A DNA stretch of 63,667 bases, the filler included, from Choristocarpus tenellus KU-1152 (lineage: Eukaryota; Protista; Phaeophyceae), in the NCBI GenBank assembly GCA_964200185.2. It is 10 parts of 10 records of this genome, joined end to end, with 100 filler letters (N's around TTAATTAATTAA, not from the genome) between each part and the next. Parts side by side here need not be neighbours in the genome. Positions count along the whole stretch, not along the records: positions 21,598 to 35,248 come from CAXNAD020001424.1; positions 35,349 to 38,382 come from CAXNAD020022793.1; positions 38,483 to 44,162 come from CAXNAD020010029.1; 7 more parts are not named here. The stretch is one strand, 5' to 3'. Of this stretch, positions 27,880-41,108 are shown one piece after another; position 1 is the stretch's first letter, and each line of letters starts with the position of its first letter. The notes under the pieces were generated by a model. That model had not been told where the DNA came from, did not search any database, and was given only the letters and a program-made list of their open reading frames with translations. A program made the position numbers and the translations under genes.

Positions 27880-30800
27880 TCATTTCATCATGTCTATACA
27901 TGGAGATGAGATTCTACCTGTTCCTGCCGAGGGCTCATCTGTTTAAGAATTCAAACAGCTTATGGCGGCGGTAGCGGATCTGTCAAGAAACGTTGGCAAT
28001 CTCATGTTACAGTCCAGGCCGCTGTACCCAGCACACGGCCCCTGGGTGGGCACTTACCAGTCGAAGTGGGAGGATGCTATCAATGGACCTTGTTATCTCG
28101 AACAAGCTACTGCTCCTACAGGTTCTGAGTGCTCTCGGATCGGATTACCATACACCGAGATACGCATGATGGCCTTGCAGAGGACACTATGTCGAGCAGA
28201 TGTGGAGAAAACTGTTAGAGAGCGATATGCTTCCCTTCATGAGGGGAAGGACTCAAGACACAAGAACAGTCAAGCTTTGATTGTTAGCAGCTCATCACAG
28301 AGGAAGAATCAATCTCATCGTAAGGGCCAAGGTCGTGGGGTCGAACGAAAATTTCATTGTGCAAGAAAGAATATGGTTCTAATTCCAACCCTAAAGGTTC
28401 CGAGAAGATTCCTTGTGAGAGGTGTGGTAAGAATGGACACAAGAAGGGACCTTGCCCAAGCCGCATTTGGACCAAGTGTGGTGGACGTGCCCATGATGCT
28501 ACAACATGTACTTCAGTGTTCATGACTACAGTGGAGTCTGGGAAAGAAAAGAACGAGACGAAGGCAAAATCTCCTCACATTACTGTGGAAAGTGCGACCA
28601 GCTGCGACGACAATGAGCGGTACGTACTACTGGCCACCATCGAGGACTCTACGAGCAGCAATGCTCCAGGCAAGTGAGGGATAAACGATTGTTTGGTGTC
28701 AAGTGTTGGGGTTGGCCGCGAGAAAGATGAGTGGATTTTCGACAGTGTGTCATCATATCACATGACAAGCATGGTGAAATACATGACCAACTACAAACAA
28801 GCCTTGTGTAGGAGATCGAAAGGTAGTCACTGCCAGTCAAAATTCCTTTCACATCGCTGGTCATGGTAATATATATCTTGTTTCCCTCATGTGACAACAA
28901 GGAAGTAGAGATCCTCCTTCAAAATGTGGCCCATGTCCCACATCTTGGATTTAATCTTTTTTCTTACCAAGCCACAGCTGATATGAGTGCGAAATGCATT
29001 TGCACAGCCAGTACATTTTCACTGCTAGATGGCAAACTTATCTTCTCAAGAGATCCACGGTCAACACATATTACCGCAACCAGGTCGAAATGCTGAAGTT
29101 GCTTTGGAGGCCACCGTAGCCCCCTCACTTGCACCTCACGCTCCCCACACCGACATCGACATTAACATCTCTTCCATCGCTCTTATGGCCACACACACGA
29201 GGCATTGCTCAATTCCACCGCCACTTCAATTGGCATTACATTGGTGGGTGAGCTGGAGCCATGTGTGGGTTGCTCTTTGAGCAAGGGCATACGGAAGGGC
29301 GTCCGGTCCAGCATGTCTACACAAGGGTTGTGAGAAAGCAGGGTCGGGTTTTTGTCGATCAAAGTGGGAAGAGGGCTATCCTTTCAATTGGGGGTAAACA
29401 ATACACCATGATAATCCAGGACGATTATTCTCGTTTTGTTTGGAAGAATTTCCTTCATGCTAAGTTGGATGCCGTCGAAGCCTTCAAGAAGTACCTGGTT
29501 GATATCCGGGTTGACGGTACTCCCTTTCGGGTCTTATGCGTGTGGTCTGATAATGAGAGGGAATTTTACGAGGGTGCTTTCAGAGCTCTTTGCCGTGATT
29601 GCGGGATAAAACAGGAGGTTACACCTGCAGACAGCCCTCAATTTAATGGAGTTGCTGAACGCATGCTGGTTATTATCGGTGAAACTTCAATAGCTGCCTG
29701 CCTTCAAGCTCCACTACTTTTCCCCCATGTCACTATCCCCAAGACAGACTCTCTATGGGCTGAAGTTCAACATTATGTTTGTGACTTGCTCAATCGCACA
29801 TCGACCATGGCCAATCCCGGTTATAAATCACCATATGAAATATGGTATGGCACCCCTGCACCCCTGTTGACCAACCAATTTCTTCAACCTGGTTTTTGCC
29901 ATCTTAATAAAGCCCGTAAGACTTTCCAAAAGGCTAAACGGTGTTTTGACCTGGGGCCAGGGATCAATCACCCCCGTAATTGCGTACCGTGTTCTTACTT
30001 TGACCGGTGCCATAGTTACTACACGTAACCTGACCTGATTGTCCTGTAAGGATCTCAGTATTCCCTCTGTAGGAGAGGGTGCCCCTGCTTTGCGAAAGGG
30101 TGTGGAGGAGCTTGATGCAGACCCTCGTTCTGAGGACGAGCTCTCCTATCCCAAAGCAGGTGACTCACCATTAGATGTACAATCTATTTTTTTCATCTCG
30201 CTCCTCCACTTCATCCATCTCTGACAACTCTTCCTGTAGCGACGGACGTGAGGACAGGTTTGTTCTAGGTGAGAGGCCGTCCTTTACTAACAAAGAAGGA
30301 GATAGTTTGACTAATGATCCTCCCCCCGGTGAAGGTAGCATAGGTCAGATTGTCAAGATCTGGCTGTTGACCCTTCTCCTAGTGATGGGGAGGGAGGTCA
30401 AGTTGACAGGAGTCTGTCCAGCGACACCACCCGTGATGGTGAAAGGAATGTAGGACATGTCTCATCCTTGAGTTCAAAGCACTAGCCTCAGGCAGGTGCT
30501 GACCCAACAGCTGCCCGTACTGCAGCTCGCCAGCTGGAAGGCTTTCTTCCCAATCCAGTCCGTGAACCTTGTGTTGAGTTGGGTAGGACTAGACAAACAA
30601 CTCGTGCCAGAGCTGAAGAGAGAGCAGGTGTTGATAATGTGATGTCTCTTATTGGTAGTGTAGAGAGGCAACATACTGCTTATGCCTTGGCTGTACAGCC
30701 CACACCTGAATCAGTGTTGATTTGTGCCCCCCTGCATGATCGTCTTTTTTCTGAGTTGGGATCAGTCCCTCAGTCTCATGCTGAGGCTCAACAGCCTAAA

Positions 30801-31760
30801 TACTGGTCGGTATGAGAAGAGGTCATGTCTAAAGAGTTCCACGGTTTGTTGGACACGGGTACCTTCAGTGTTGCAGATGTATCTCTAGGTCGTAAGGCCA
30901 TTGGTTCCAAGGGGGTATTTAAGTGGAAGAGTGACCCTTTTGGAATGTTTAATGGGGCTGAGGCTAGGTTAGTTGCTCAGGGTTTTGTTCAGGAATATGG
31001 TCTTGATTATTTTGAGACCCCTGCCCCCACTCCTTCCCCCTCATCAGTTAGGCTGATGGCCAGTATAGTATGTGAGTTGGACTTGACATTGTGGCACCTA
31101 GATGTGGAAGGCATTTGTTCAATCTGACTTGGATGAGGAAGTGTACATGTGCCTCCGACAGGGATGTGAAGATCTCTCCTATACGACCGTACGCCTTCAC
31201 AGGTCCCTGTATGGTTTAAAGCAAGCCTCCAGGACTTGGAATACCAAGCTGGTTTCCACCCTTAAGCGCAATGGTTTTGAGCAATGTCTGATTGACCCAT
31301 GTATATTTAGACTCAGGAGGGATGGTGTTGTCAAGATGATGCTTGCCGTTCATGTAGATGTTAGGATGATTTTGGCGACTGGAGGTGATTACAATGATCT
31401 TTGTGCTTCCCTGAATGAAGAATTCCCAACCAAAAACCTTGACTTATTGTCTCAGGTTTCTGGTTGCACTTACACAAGAGATTGGAAGCGTGGTACCCAC
31501 TCCATTACTCAGACTAACTATATTGATAAATTTTGTGAACGTTTTCCCATCCAATCAACCACTCCCATCCCCACAGCCCCATCCAGAAAGCTTGGGATTA
31601 GGGAGGGGGACAAGATCTCAAAGCATTGTCCCTTCCGAGAGGCGGTTAGAGGATTGACGTGGGTCAGCAACATGACCAGGCCAGATATGGCTAATGCAGT
31701 AATAGCTGTTGCCCGTCAATCGCATGCTCCGAGTCAAGTACATTGATGGCAGAGATATCA
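27880..31760 (+). mobile_element. Decayed Ty1/copia LTR retrotransposon (gag-PR-IN-RT), 3'-truncated before RNase H
   Basis: Zinc knuckles CERCGKNGHKKGPC and KCGGRAHDATTC. Protease WIFDSVSSYHMT (~28731). Integrase DDYSRFVW, SDNEREF, TPADSPQFNGVAER. RT KWK...ARLVAQGFVQEYGLDYFET, LHRSLYGLKQASRTWN, VHVDV, NMTRPDMA. Copia domain order with many frameshifts. Possible 5' LTR at ~27606-27849 (TG...CAACA), unconfirmed. Confidence 0.93.
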
Positions 31761-33338
31761 TGGGTAAGGAAATGGTGTGGTTTCCCCTACAAGAGTTCAA
31801 CTTGCATTGCTGTGCCCATATAGTGTGTATGTGGAAAGACTCCTGTACCCACAAAGAAGAATTTTTCAAGTGATAAAATGTTCAGCAGTAAAAATAATAT
31901 TATTCCGTCATAATTTCTTTTGGGTAGAAATGTGTTTGGCACAACAATGCACCCTTCCAAAATGATATACTTCAAAGCAGGATCAATGCTCACAGTACAT
32001 GACGGAGTAGTGGGCAAAAAAAATAATTCTTCCTTGGAGTAATGAAACAAGTCATTCTTTCATTTTGCTTCAAGGTTGAACTAAATGTTCATGACACGGG
32101 TCATTTCGAACATGACGTATTTTAAACTAAGTCCCTCAGTCTCATATGACCTTCAAAACAAAAACAATGGAATAGCAAAAATGTGGAGGAATTTCATCGA
32201 CACGTGCAGAAAAGGGAGGAAAAGTGTCCTGAGAAAATATCCACAAATTGTTAAAAACGCCAAAAAAGAAGTAAAAAAAAAGTAAATCGCCTCATTACAA
32301 AATTCTGGGGAAGTGGTATCTCCTAAGCATGGGGGGCACAAACCAAATAACATGTGCAGCCTCCTAAGGAATTGCACTAGTCTACAACGATGAGCACATG
32401 GGGAAGGTTAAAATGAGAATGACTAATACCAAAAACACCAAATCTAAAGAGAAGAAAAACAACTTCATACTCGACACTGACAAACAAGGCATAAAAAGGC
32501 ACATTACAGCACACAGGGCAGCCTCTCTCGTCTTCGGACACAACCAATTTATTACACACACACACTTCTTCACTTTTCGGACGCATTTTCGAAAGAGTAA
32601 CCCTATCCCCAACCCTGATTTTTGCGTGGAACATGCCCATGACCATCTAAGGAAACATCCTAAAAGAAGTGCTTTCAGCAGTAGTACAGTGTGTACTTGG
32701 GAACGACCACCTGTCGAGGATCCACCACTTACCACCTTTTAACATACATTTTCAAAAACCTAATCCTAAGTCTACCCCTGATCTGTGTGTGAAAATAACT
32801 CTAAGTTTCATTTGAAGAAACAAGACAAGTTTGACAGCGGTGGTTCCCCATTGCCAGTGTTGATTCTCGGAGACGGCTGAGTTCCCCTCTGCCCTCGAAA
32901 ACCTCATGATCAGACACAAACTCAGGACACGAAATACCCGTAACAGAAAATGCTTCAGACAGAAGCGTAGGTGTTACAACCAATCGGGATGTGCCATGAG
33001 CACTATTTTCTTCTCCCAGCTTTGACTGACTCAAAAAGAGGAAGCACAAGCAGAGATCTCATTGTCTGTGGTACCCATGGCTCTCTAATGCTATTGCCAC
33101 TGAGTGTAAGACTAAAAAAGGAATTAGGATCCACAGCAGTTCGTCAAGATACAACTACACTTCACTATGAGCTACACGTGTAGTACACTTGTCCATTATT
33201 TTGAGGTCCTTTCTACGGCTTGTGTTACACAGACAACCTGTCGCCCTACATAGGAAGGTGGGGCCCACAACAATATAGGCTCTCAGTACATGGAGTTCAA
33301 CCCTGCCAAAAACCTTCCAGGCGGGCTACAGGGTGAGA

Positions 33339-35248
33339 TCAGCCCCACGAATTCTCCTGGAGCATTATGGAAACCTTTGAAAAAGAAGGGCGTGCCTCCT
33401 GTTCCTTCCAGCATTCCAGCATCAGCTTCCTGCGAGCATCATACATAATCTCATCAGAAAAAATAGGGTAAATCTTTCAGACACTGCCCACTATTGTATT
33501 TGTAGTCTGTGTAATAATAATGCTGCAATAATGAGCAAGAGGAAGATGGCTTGAAAATAATGAGCTGACACGCACATAGATAAATATTACACACAAAAAA
33601 AGGACTCTGGGCCTCTTGAACTTAACCTAGCAAACATACACAGCAGAAGGTCAAGGTATAAGAAGGCATCAACCATTGATAAATGGCACTACAGACTAAT
33701 GAAATAACGGATAATGCGGTCATACAGAAAGATTGATGACAAGGTGGACAGAAAATGTACAACATCATTAGACACGACAATGTGCATTGCTTCTTCATCA
33801 CAAGGGTAATCAATTCCAAGCAGTGCTGTGACTTGTCAGAGGGACAAGGGCGTAGAAACTACAATTCAATTGTAAGACCCACCCACCATCCACTTCATAT
33901 TCATCAGCAGCTTGGCCTCAGACACAACCCATTCTGTAACACCTCATACTTTCTTCCTTCTTTATACAACAGTACTCGCTCGGTATCCAATTTTGGGCTC
34001 TGCCTTTATGCTCTACCTCCTCTGTTCAGTATCAGTTCAGTTTGAAGAGCAGGAAAAGTATGCACCGGGACGACAGCCTATGTCCAAGTCGGAGATCACT
34101 GAGATTTTAGGGTAACCTTATCAAGGGTTTTTGCAAGACCCTAACAAAAAATAACGAAACTCCAATACCACATTGTGCATTTAGAGTCTGTGTCCCACAA
34201 ACTGTTCAAACTGATGCCGAGCAGAGAAAGTATGCAAAGGCATACTTCAAGCAATACTTGAATATTTCATTAGATATTTAACACTTGCATAACTAATGAA
34301 GGTAGGTCACGTCATAGACACATTTGAACAAAAGCCTGGTTAGTAATGGCAGCAATGATTTTTGTTTTGTTATACTTCTCCGGGGTATATTTTAAGAACA
34401 ACTGCCATGAAGCTTAGCAGTCAAACAACCCAGTCAAGAACAACAAAGAGGAAACAATCAGATTAACGATATTGGTGGGGTTGGGAACGAGAGACAAGAA
34501 AGAAGGGCTCCCCAGGAAGTCAACAAAAGAAATGAACCGACTTACGTGGCTCCAAAGGGGCAACCTGTAGGAATGAACAGCTGAGCACCAGCCATCACTC
34601 TCCGCATGACCTCATCTGCTGAATGGTCTTGCCATGGACGCTTTCCCTCCCCACACATCACCTCCCACACGATGACTCCAAAGCTGCTCCATATTCACAA
34701 TAGCATCAGTTGTGGTCCCAAATATGTTGGAATCGCACCAAAAATAGCAGCCAAATCCTCATAGTTAGCGTTTTAAAGTCAACGACCAAAATATGTAGAA
34801 CAGAAACACCCAATTCGCTCTAATGCAACACAGGAGGCTAGTCTATCGGAAATACTATCTACATTGCCTTTTGTGCCGTGTCCATACCCTTCAATACTGG
34901 CATATTTTCACTGCCCAGCCTTCAGACTTAGTAGTACAGATCCATTGATCCGGAAAATACTACATGCGTTCCCTGCAACCGTGCTCCACCCTTCCCAACC
35001 CATCCACCAAAACACCGCAGACAAGCTCCTCAACAGAGGAACCCAAAATTTATCGCAGTACAATTTTTCCCAGCACAAGGATGGAGCCATATGCAGACTC
35101 CCTCGTTGGTTGCTATTGGGAAATTGGAACATAAAAAATGGAAGCCTTTTCACCTTACACAAGGCATGAGGACTACACAGCACCAATGCCTTGGAACCCC
35201 CGTCACCTGTACACATCAGACTTCTCAGTGAAGACGTCCACCTCCACC
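33339..35248 (-). CDS. Protein kinase C-terminus (tyrosine-kinase-like, subdomains IX-XI); exons <35248-35207, 34683-34546, 33429-33339
   Basis: The spliced product is VFTEKSDVYS/FGVIVWEVMCGEGKRPWQDHSADEVMRRVMAGAQLFIPTGCPFGAT/KLMLECWKEQEARPSFSKVSIMLQENSWG*. Both introns are GT-AG, phase 2. Confidence 0.9.
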
Positions 35249-35348
35249 NNNNNNNNNNNNNNNNNNNNNNNNNNNNNNNNNNNNNNNNNNNNTTAATTAA
35301 TTAANNNNNNNNNNNNNNNNNNNNNNNNNNNNNNNNNNNNNNNNNNNN

Positions 35349-35518
35349 TGTGAGGGGTGTGGGGGGTGGTTGTGGAGGGGCGTCCGTTTCGGTCAAACAA
35401 CTCTTTTTTTTGCTGACATTTCAAATCCGAAACGGGCGACCAAATCACACCAAAAAGTAGAAATCGAAAAAAGGGTGAAAAACGGACGCCGGCACTCCCC
35501 CCCCAGATACTTTGACGC
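35349..35518. mobile_element. MITE family B (terminus GGGTCAAAGTATCT-polyG), near-complete copy; ends also at 1-23, 38483-38529, 44263-44352, ~50584-50605 and 63615-63667
   Basis: poly-C followed by agatactttgaccc recurs at contig edges. Bases 63615-63667 are the reverse complement of 35466-35518, and 38483-38500 match the opposite end. Confidence 0.75.
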
Positions 35519-37275
35519 ACAAGGCTCTCAGGATACTCCGATAGTCAAACAAAATCAGGTCAGCAGATAAAGGTTCTTTTCTCAATCGATAGCCACTAAT
35601 CTGTGTCGGTTAATATCAATTAAAAAAAGTGATCGTGTGGCGATGAACCCCTCTTTTTGTTCACATCCTGCACCATTTATTTTTATTTACAGACACAAAA
35701 ATAATCTGCAAACCGTTGCATACACACTCATATTACAGATCTTACTCTGCAACTTTTAGCAAATCGGAGTTCTCCCTTAAGGTATTCCCCACGCGTGTAT
35801 AATGCTAGCGCTTACAAGGGCATGGGAAGAAATACTTGTGCTATTCGCCAGTACCAAAACTCCTACTCTCTTAGACGCTTTGACTCTTCCCCCTTTTCCT
35901 TGGAAACAACTTGAACTAAAAACGGAGTTCTGCTCTATATACTACGTACATGCGCATTTCAATGCACCCAGCTGCCTACCTGGACGTGATATGTAGCTCC
36001 AACCCTTAAGCCTGTGGGTTGAAGGTGAGGCTCAAAGATGGCACCTCGAAATGGGTGGATGCCTGAGAAGTGAACAGAATGATATTTGTTGCTGTCAGAC
36101 TGTAGTTCTGACGAACATGTAAGTTTTTTCCAAAGATACATGTGTAACTGACCTCATCATTCAATCATGTGTAAGGGATCCACAATTGCAATATTAAAAG
36201 TTGTAGGTATTGATATTCTGCGTATACCTCATCTGAAAACTAGCGATTTTTCTCAAGCTGAAGGTTTATATTAATGTATCTATGTCGTATGATACGGCGA
36301 CTTGAACTCGCCCCTTCAGGCTGTCTGCACGAATATTCACTGCTCGAGCAGGTTAGAGCGCGAGTGGCAATTTATAAGCCAGTCACCTTTCGCACACTCG
36401 ATGACTACAAAAATCAATAGCTGTTGACAAAAGATTGTCAAATGTTGCCACAAGGAAGTTTTAATGGTTAACAATATTCAGAACAGTGAGTCTGTAAACG
36501 AGAGAGAGCCTTGGCCGTTTTGCATTATAAGTCAGTTTTTAAATATTTCGCAACTCACCCATGCTTTTATGTATGAAGTGTTAAATTCGACATCAGAGAG
36601 TTGATTTCTCTATTGTTTGGAACTTTTAGACACACTTCGGAAAATATCCTCTTGTCTCTGTACCAAAAGACCAATGTTGCAAATTTTGTAAGCATCCTGA
36701 AAATGCAAGCCTGGGTACCCCTCATTTACTTTGACTTACTGACTACAAGTGTAATAGCGCAGAAATTACACAACCGTGATGATGTGTACAAGAAAAAAAA
36801 TGTTATCCTTCCACAGGTCAAATCAGAGTTGGGGTAGCCACCATCAGGTTCCTTGTGAAGAATAGACCCTTCTGGACATGGCATTGCCAGCAATCTGTCA
36901 AGCATAACCCTAGCACGAGTCAAAATGTAGAGCCCTTCCTTACGAAGAGTTAATCTTATCTGTTAGTCTAACAAAACTTGCTCCGTCTACAATACGACTA
37001 CTTCATCCCTCCATAATGTAGATAGTATATTATTGAGTGTACACATCAGTCACCATCACTGACTGTCACAACTCAAAAACAAGACAATATCTTAATCAAC
37101 CGTAGCAATCGCTAACATAGTGTTTTAGAGTACCTAGCAAATTAGCTTCGTGATACTGATTGTTACGCCTATTTCCTGTTTTGAATTGGTGTTTTGATGT
37201 TCAAGAATATCCTCTTTCGTTATGCATACGTGTTTATATTTATAGATTATATTAGATAATGATAAAATTATATGA

Positions 37276-37346
37276 GCGCCAGTAGTTCAGTGGTAGAATA
37301 CGTGATTGCCATTCACGTGGCCTGGGTTCGATTCCCGGCTGGCGCA
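37276..37346 (+). tRNA. tRNA-Gly (anticodon GCC), intronless
   Basis: Acceptor stem GCGCCAG/CTGGCGC, D-arm with TGGTA, anticodon stem CGTGA/TCACG with loop TTGCCAT, T-loop GTTCGATTC. No encoded CCA. Confidence 0.96.
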
Positions 37347-37351
37347 TTTTT
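37347..37351 (+). terminator. RNA polymerase III oligo-T terminator
   Basis: TTTTT immediately follows the tRNA discriminator base. Confidence 0.75.
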
Positions 37352-38124
37352 AATTTTCGCTTTTTCAGTAAAATTGTAATAGTGCTAGTTATATATACTA
37401 TAGGAATAAGTTGTAGTAGGAAGTAGAAGTAACAGTGTTATGAAAAGAAAACAAACGGTGGAAAAAAAATAAAGGGAAGAAAAGGAATGTAACGAGAAAA
37501 GCGCCATAACCCTAAAACACGATGGGACGAGAAGAAAGAAAATAAAGAAAAGATGGAAGAGATTAAGCCCCCCCCAAAATCAGCATCTAGCAGACAGTGA
37601 TGGTGATAGTGGTGGCTTAAGCGACCTTACCTGCTGCTTTTGACCATGAGAGTTATTGAAGGCTGCTTGTTACCTAAATGAATTCGTGAGTTTGACCCCC
37701 ACCAACGCCAGAGACCTCTTTTCACGGAAATCATGATTTAATTCTTGTCCAACTCCACATGGCAGGCAAAATGGCCTGTATCATCTGGGGCTTTCCTGGA
37801 TCAGGCATGGTGGGTCTGGCTGGATATTATAGTCCCTGCACTGAAGTTAAGTCAGTAATGTATAATTTCCTCTCTGTTCAGCATAAATTCAAACAGTTGT
37901 GGGGTAGGCTACAATTAATTGCACAAGATGGGATTAGATTTCCGTCAAATCTGAGGGTGTAGAAAAAAATTCGAGATGAGGTTACACCAAAATCTCAACG
38001 AAAGTTGACTTCGTCTAGAATATGTTTGTTTTAGGCCACTCATCGGAAAGCCGCAAGAAATATCTTCTCAATGAGGTCATCATTTAACCGCCATTAAAGG
38101 TTTCAACTGATCCTGAACAGACGA

Positions 38125-38273
38125 CCTTGCGACGATACTCCCCCCAGAACCCAAAGACTTTGATTTCTGGAAAGGTGCTAGCGGAGTCGTTAAACAAAAC
38201 CAACTGCCAATCCCTAGTCAGCATAGTAGTTAATGGCCAACAATACAATAATATCTAATTGTCTTCAATTCCC
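38125..38273 (-). pseudogene. Decayed 18S rRNA gene fragment
   Basis: ccttgcgacgatactccccccagaacccaaagactttgatttc...aatccctagtcagcatagt...tatctaattgtcttc is the reverse complement of the conserved eukaryotic SSU segment just 3' of V4, with many substitutions. Confidence 0.8.
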
Positions 38274-38639
38274 GAGAAAATAGATAAATGCAGATCGGCA
38301 TATCTGACAGGGTAGGGGGGGGGGGGCAGATCGCAACAAACGATATCTCGGGCATGACTGGGATATTCGTACAAAGAGGTCGNNNNNNNNNNNNNNNNNN
38401 NNNNNNNNNNNNNNNNNNNNNNNNNNTTAATTAATTAANNNNNNNNNNNNNNNNNNNNNNNNNNNNNNNNNNNNNNNNNNNNGGACGCCCCCTCACAAAT
38501 CCCCCCCCCCCCCCAAGATACTTTGACCCATTCTGGCAGCTCATGACGCCAGGATCACAAGGAGGGCTCAACACGAGGTCACTCGACTCCTGAACAGGGT
38601 TCATTTTGATTCCTTCTGGACACAACTGGCCAGCCTTCC

Positions 38640-39500
38640 AAATGAAGTACAACAGGGAAAGGAAAGCTCCTCACCAGACCTAGCACACTACCGTAGACAG
38701 TGTGGACAAGGGGCAAACGCATGGGTCTCAACACAACCCCTGGAGCCGGCATGACAGTTCCCTCCCGCAGAGTTCAAACTCACCACCAGCAGATCCCTAG
38801 GGAAGGAGGAGGCCCTGTCAAACAGGTGCCTAGTGACTGGATGCAGGAGGCAAAATGTCGACACTGGACATGCCCGTACCTGCCCCAGGGCAGGAGGCCA
38901 GGTGCGACAACACATCCCTATGGTGAAACGTCTCAGCCAACTATGCAAGGGGATGGCATCCCTTGCACTACGGAGGATGGTAGCTCCTTCACTGTTGGTA
39001 GGAATTTCCGCATGGATCTAGTCTTCCATGCAGGGGCACCTGCAGGGGCAGGATCAGCCCCCTACCGGGACAAAGGCCTTCTACTCAATGTTACGTTCGT
39101 GGAAGTACAGGCCACCTCCCGCCTCCCACACTCATCCACCAGCAATGGTGTAACTGTTGTTGCAGCTGAGGCGCGAAAGTGCAAGGGCTCTTTTGACCCT
39201 CCTAATTATAACCTCAACACCTTTACAGTGGAAAGTTTTGGGCTCCTCGGCAAGCAAGCAGAACGTTTCCTGGATGAGCTAGCTACACACACAGTAGGGG
39301 GGAGAGAAACTGGAAGCTACAGCAGAAAAGGAGCCGTCAAATCCCACCTACGCCAGATAGTCTCAGTCACAATACAAGTAGCCCTATCTTGACGGGTCAC
39401 GCATCTTAAGCTGGAGTCACTAGGGAGATGGGCAAGGAGGGGTTTGTTAGATTCTTGGGATGCTTCCCTAGCTCCTCACCCTGGGGTGCAGGAGTAGGTT
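38640..39500 (+). mobile_element. 3' portion of an RLE-type (CRE/R2/NeSL-like) non-LTR retrotransposon
   Basis: ORF 38700-39392 contains RMDLV...LLLNVT...AAEARK...TFTVESFGLLG, the layout of a PD-(D/E)xK restriction-like endonuclease. Two more truncated copies occur in the window. Confidence 0.75.
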
Positions 39501-41108
39501 TGAGACACAGGAAGGCAGTAGTACAACATAGATACGTAGTAGTAAAATAGGAAATAGATTACCATTTTTCACTTTTGTGACAACTGTTACTCTTCAGGGA
39601 TTTTTCAGACATGTGAATAGTTTTCACTAGTTTTTCCCCTGGCACACCTGGAAAATGTCAGCGGGCATAACAATATACATAAAATGAATTAATACTAGTA
39701 GTGCAGTATTACCGTTTTTCACCAAACACGTTAGACGTGACAAGACCAGGTTATGGGCTGGTCTGGGTGAAATACGTTTTCAATGGACCGGTCCAGGACC
39801 ATCAGAAATCAACAGGTCAGATCCAGTTGAACACTAAATACTACATAGTACAAGGATTTAACAGGGCTCACCCACCGCTCCACACCTTGCATTGCTGATG
39901 CAATCACTAATACTTATCTATAGATTATGGCTGGCACCAGGGACACCTACAACAAGTAGACGAGATATGTATAGAAAGTCATAAAGGGGTAGAGGAGTGA
40001 GAATGCACGTTCAATGTTTTTCCATCACCCTCAGCCTGTCTGATCATCAAAGATGGATTCGAGAACAGCCATAACTCCTCACTCATCAAACAGGATCAAG
40101 AAAGGTACCTCCAGTTGAAAAACTCCTTACTTTTGAAGAGCTAAATGAGGACAAGAGAGGAGCAATATCACCACTGTTGCTAATGTGTTAGATGAGTTGG
40201 GAGCAAGAAGCAATACAATACAGCAGTGGTGAATCTGCAAAACACAATGGAGACAACACCTCACTTGTCTATGGTAGTCCAATTGACATTACAACAGAGG
40301 AATACTTGAGTGGCATGTCTTTGGACAAGGTGAAGGTGGCAAGGAGATCCACCCAAACCACATGTCTTCATGTCTTAGTCGATGGAAAGGAGGAATTTTC
40401 TCTACGCTGAACCGTCCAATAAAAGGCCTCTATTTAATACACTTGTGCTTGCTTTCATTGGTCAAAAATTTATCCGTGCTTCAAAAAAAAGGTGAAGGAT
40501 CCAGTTAAAATTGTAATGGGAAAGCTACAGGACCGCTATATACGGGATAGATAACACAACAAAATAAATACTTGTCTCTTGACTGCAGCTCCATCCACAC
40601 ATCCCAAAGAAACATAAAAATATTCTTCCCAAACTATTTATAGGCCACCACATCTCTCAGTATATCTAGGAGAAGAGGGGGGGGGGGGGCAAGCACTGTG
40701 TTGAGGAAACAACAAGCACACTCACGGCTTGGTAATCAGACACATCCTACTTCACTTTTATGTATTTTGAATCACTAGAGCATATGAGAACGAGCACTAC
40801 AAAATTTAACTTTGAAAGCACTTTAATGAGATTATTAACGCGATGATGGAGTTGGGGCACACCTCACCTTTGTACCACTCACTGCCTTATCCACTGATAA
40901 GAGGAACGGTGAGGTTTCCTGACAGCACTACACTGTACCACCAACAGAAAAAAAACATATATGACCCAGCACAAAGACTGTGACAACACACTTCAAAAGC
41001 ACTGAGCAAAACACATGCAACATTAAACATTCGTATATGAGGTATGCACACTCATTAACAACAACGACCTGGGACGTAAGTCATCAAACATCAGCCATTG
41101 CGACGACC

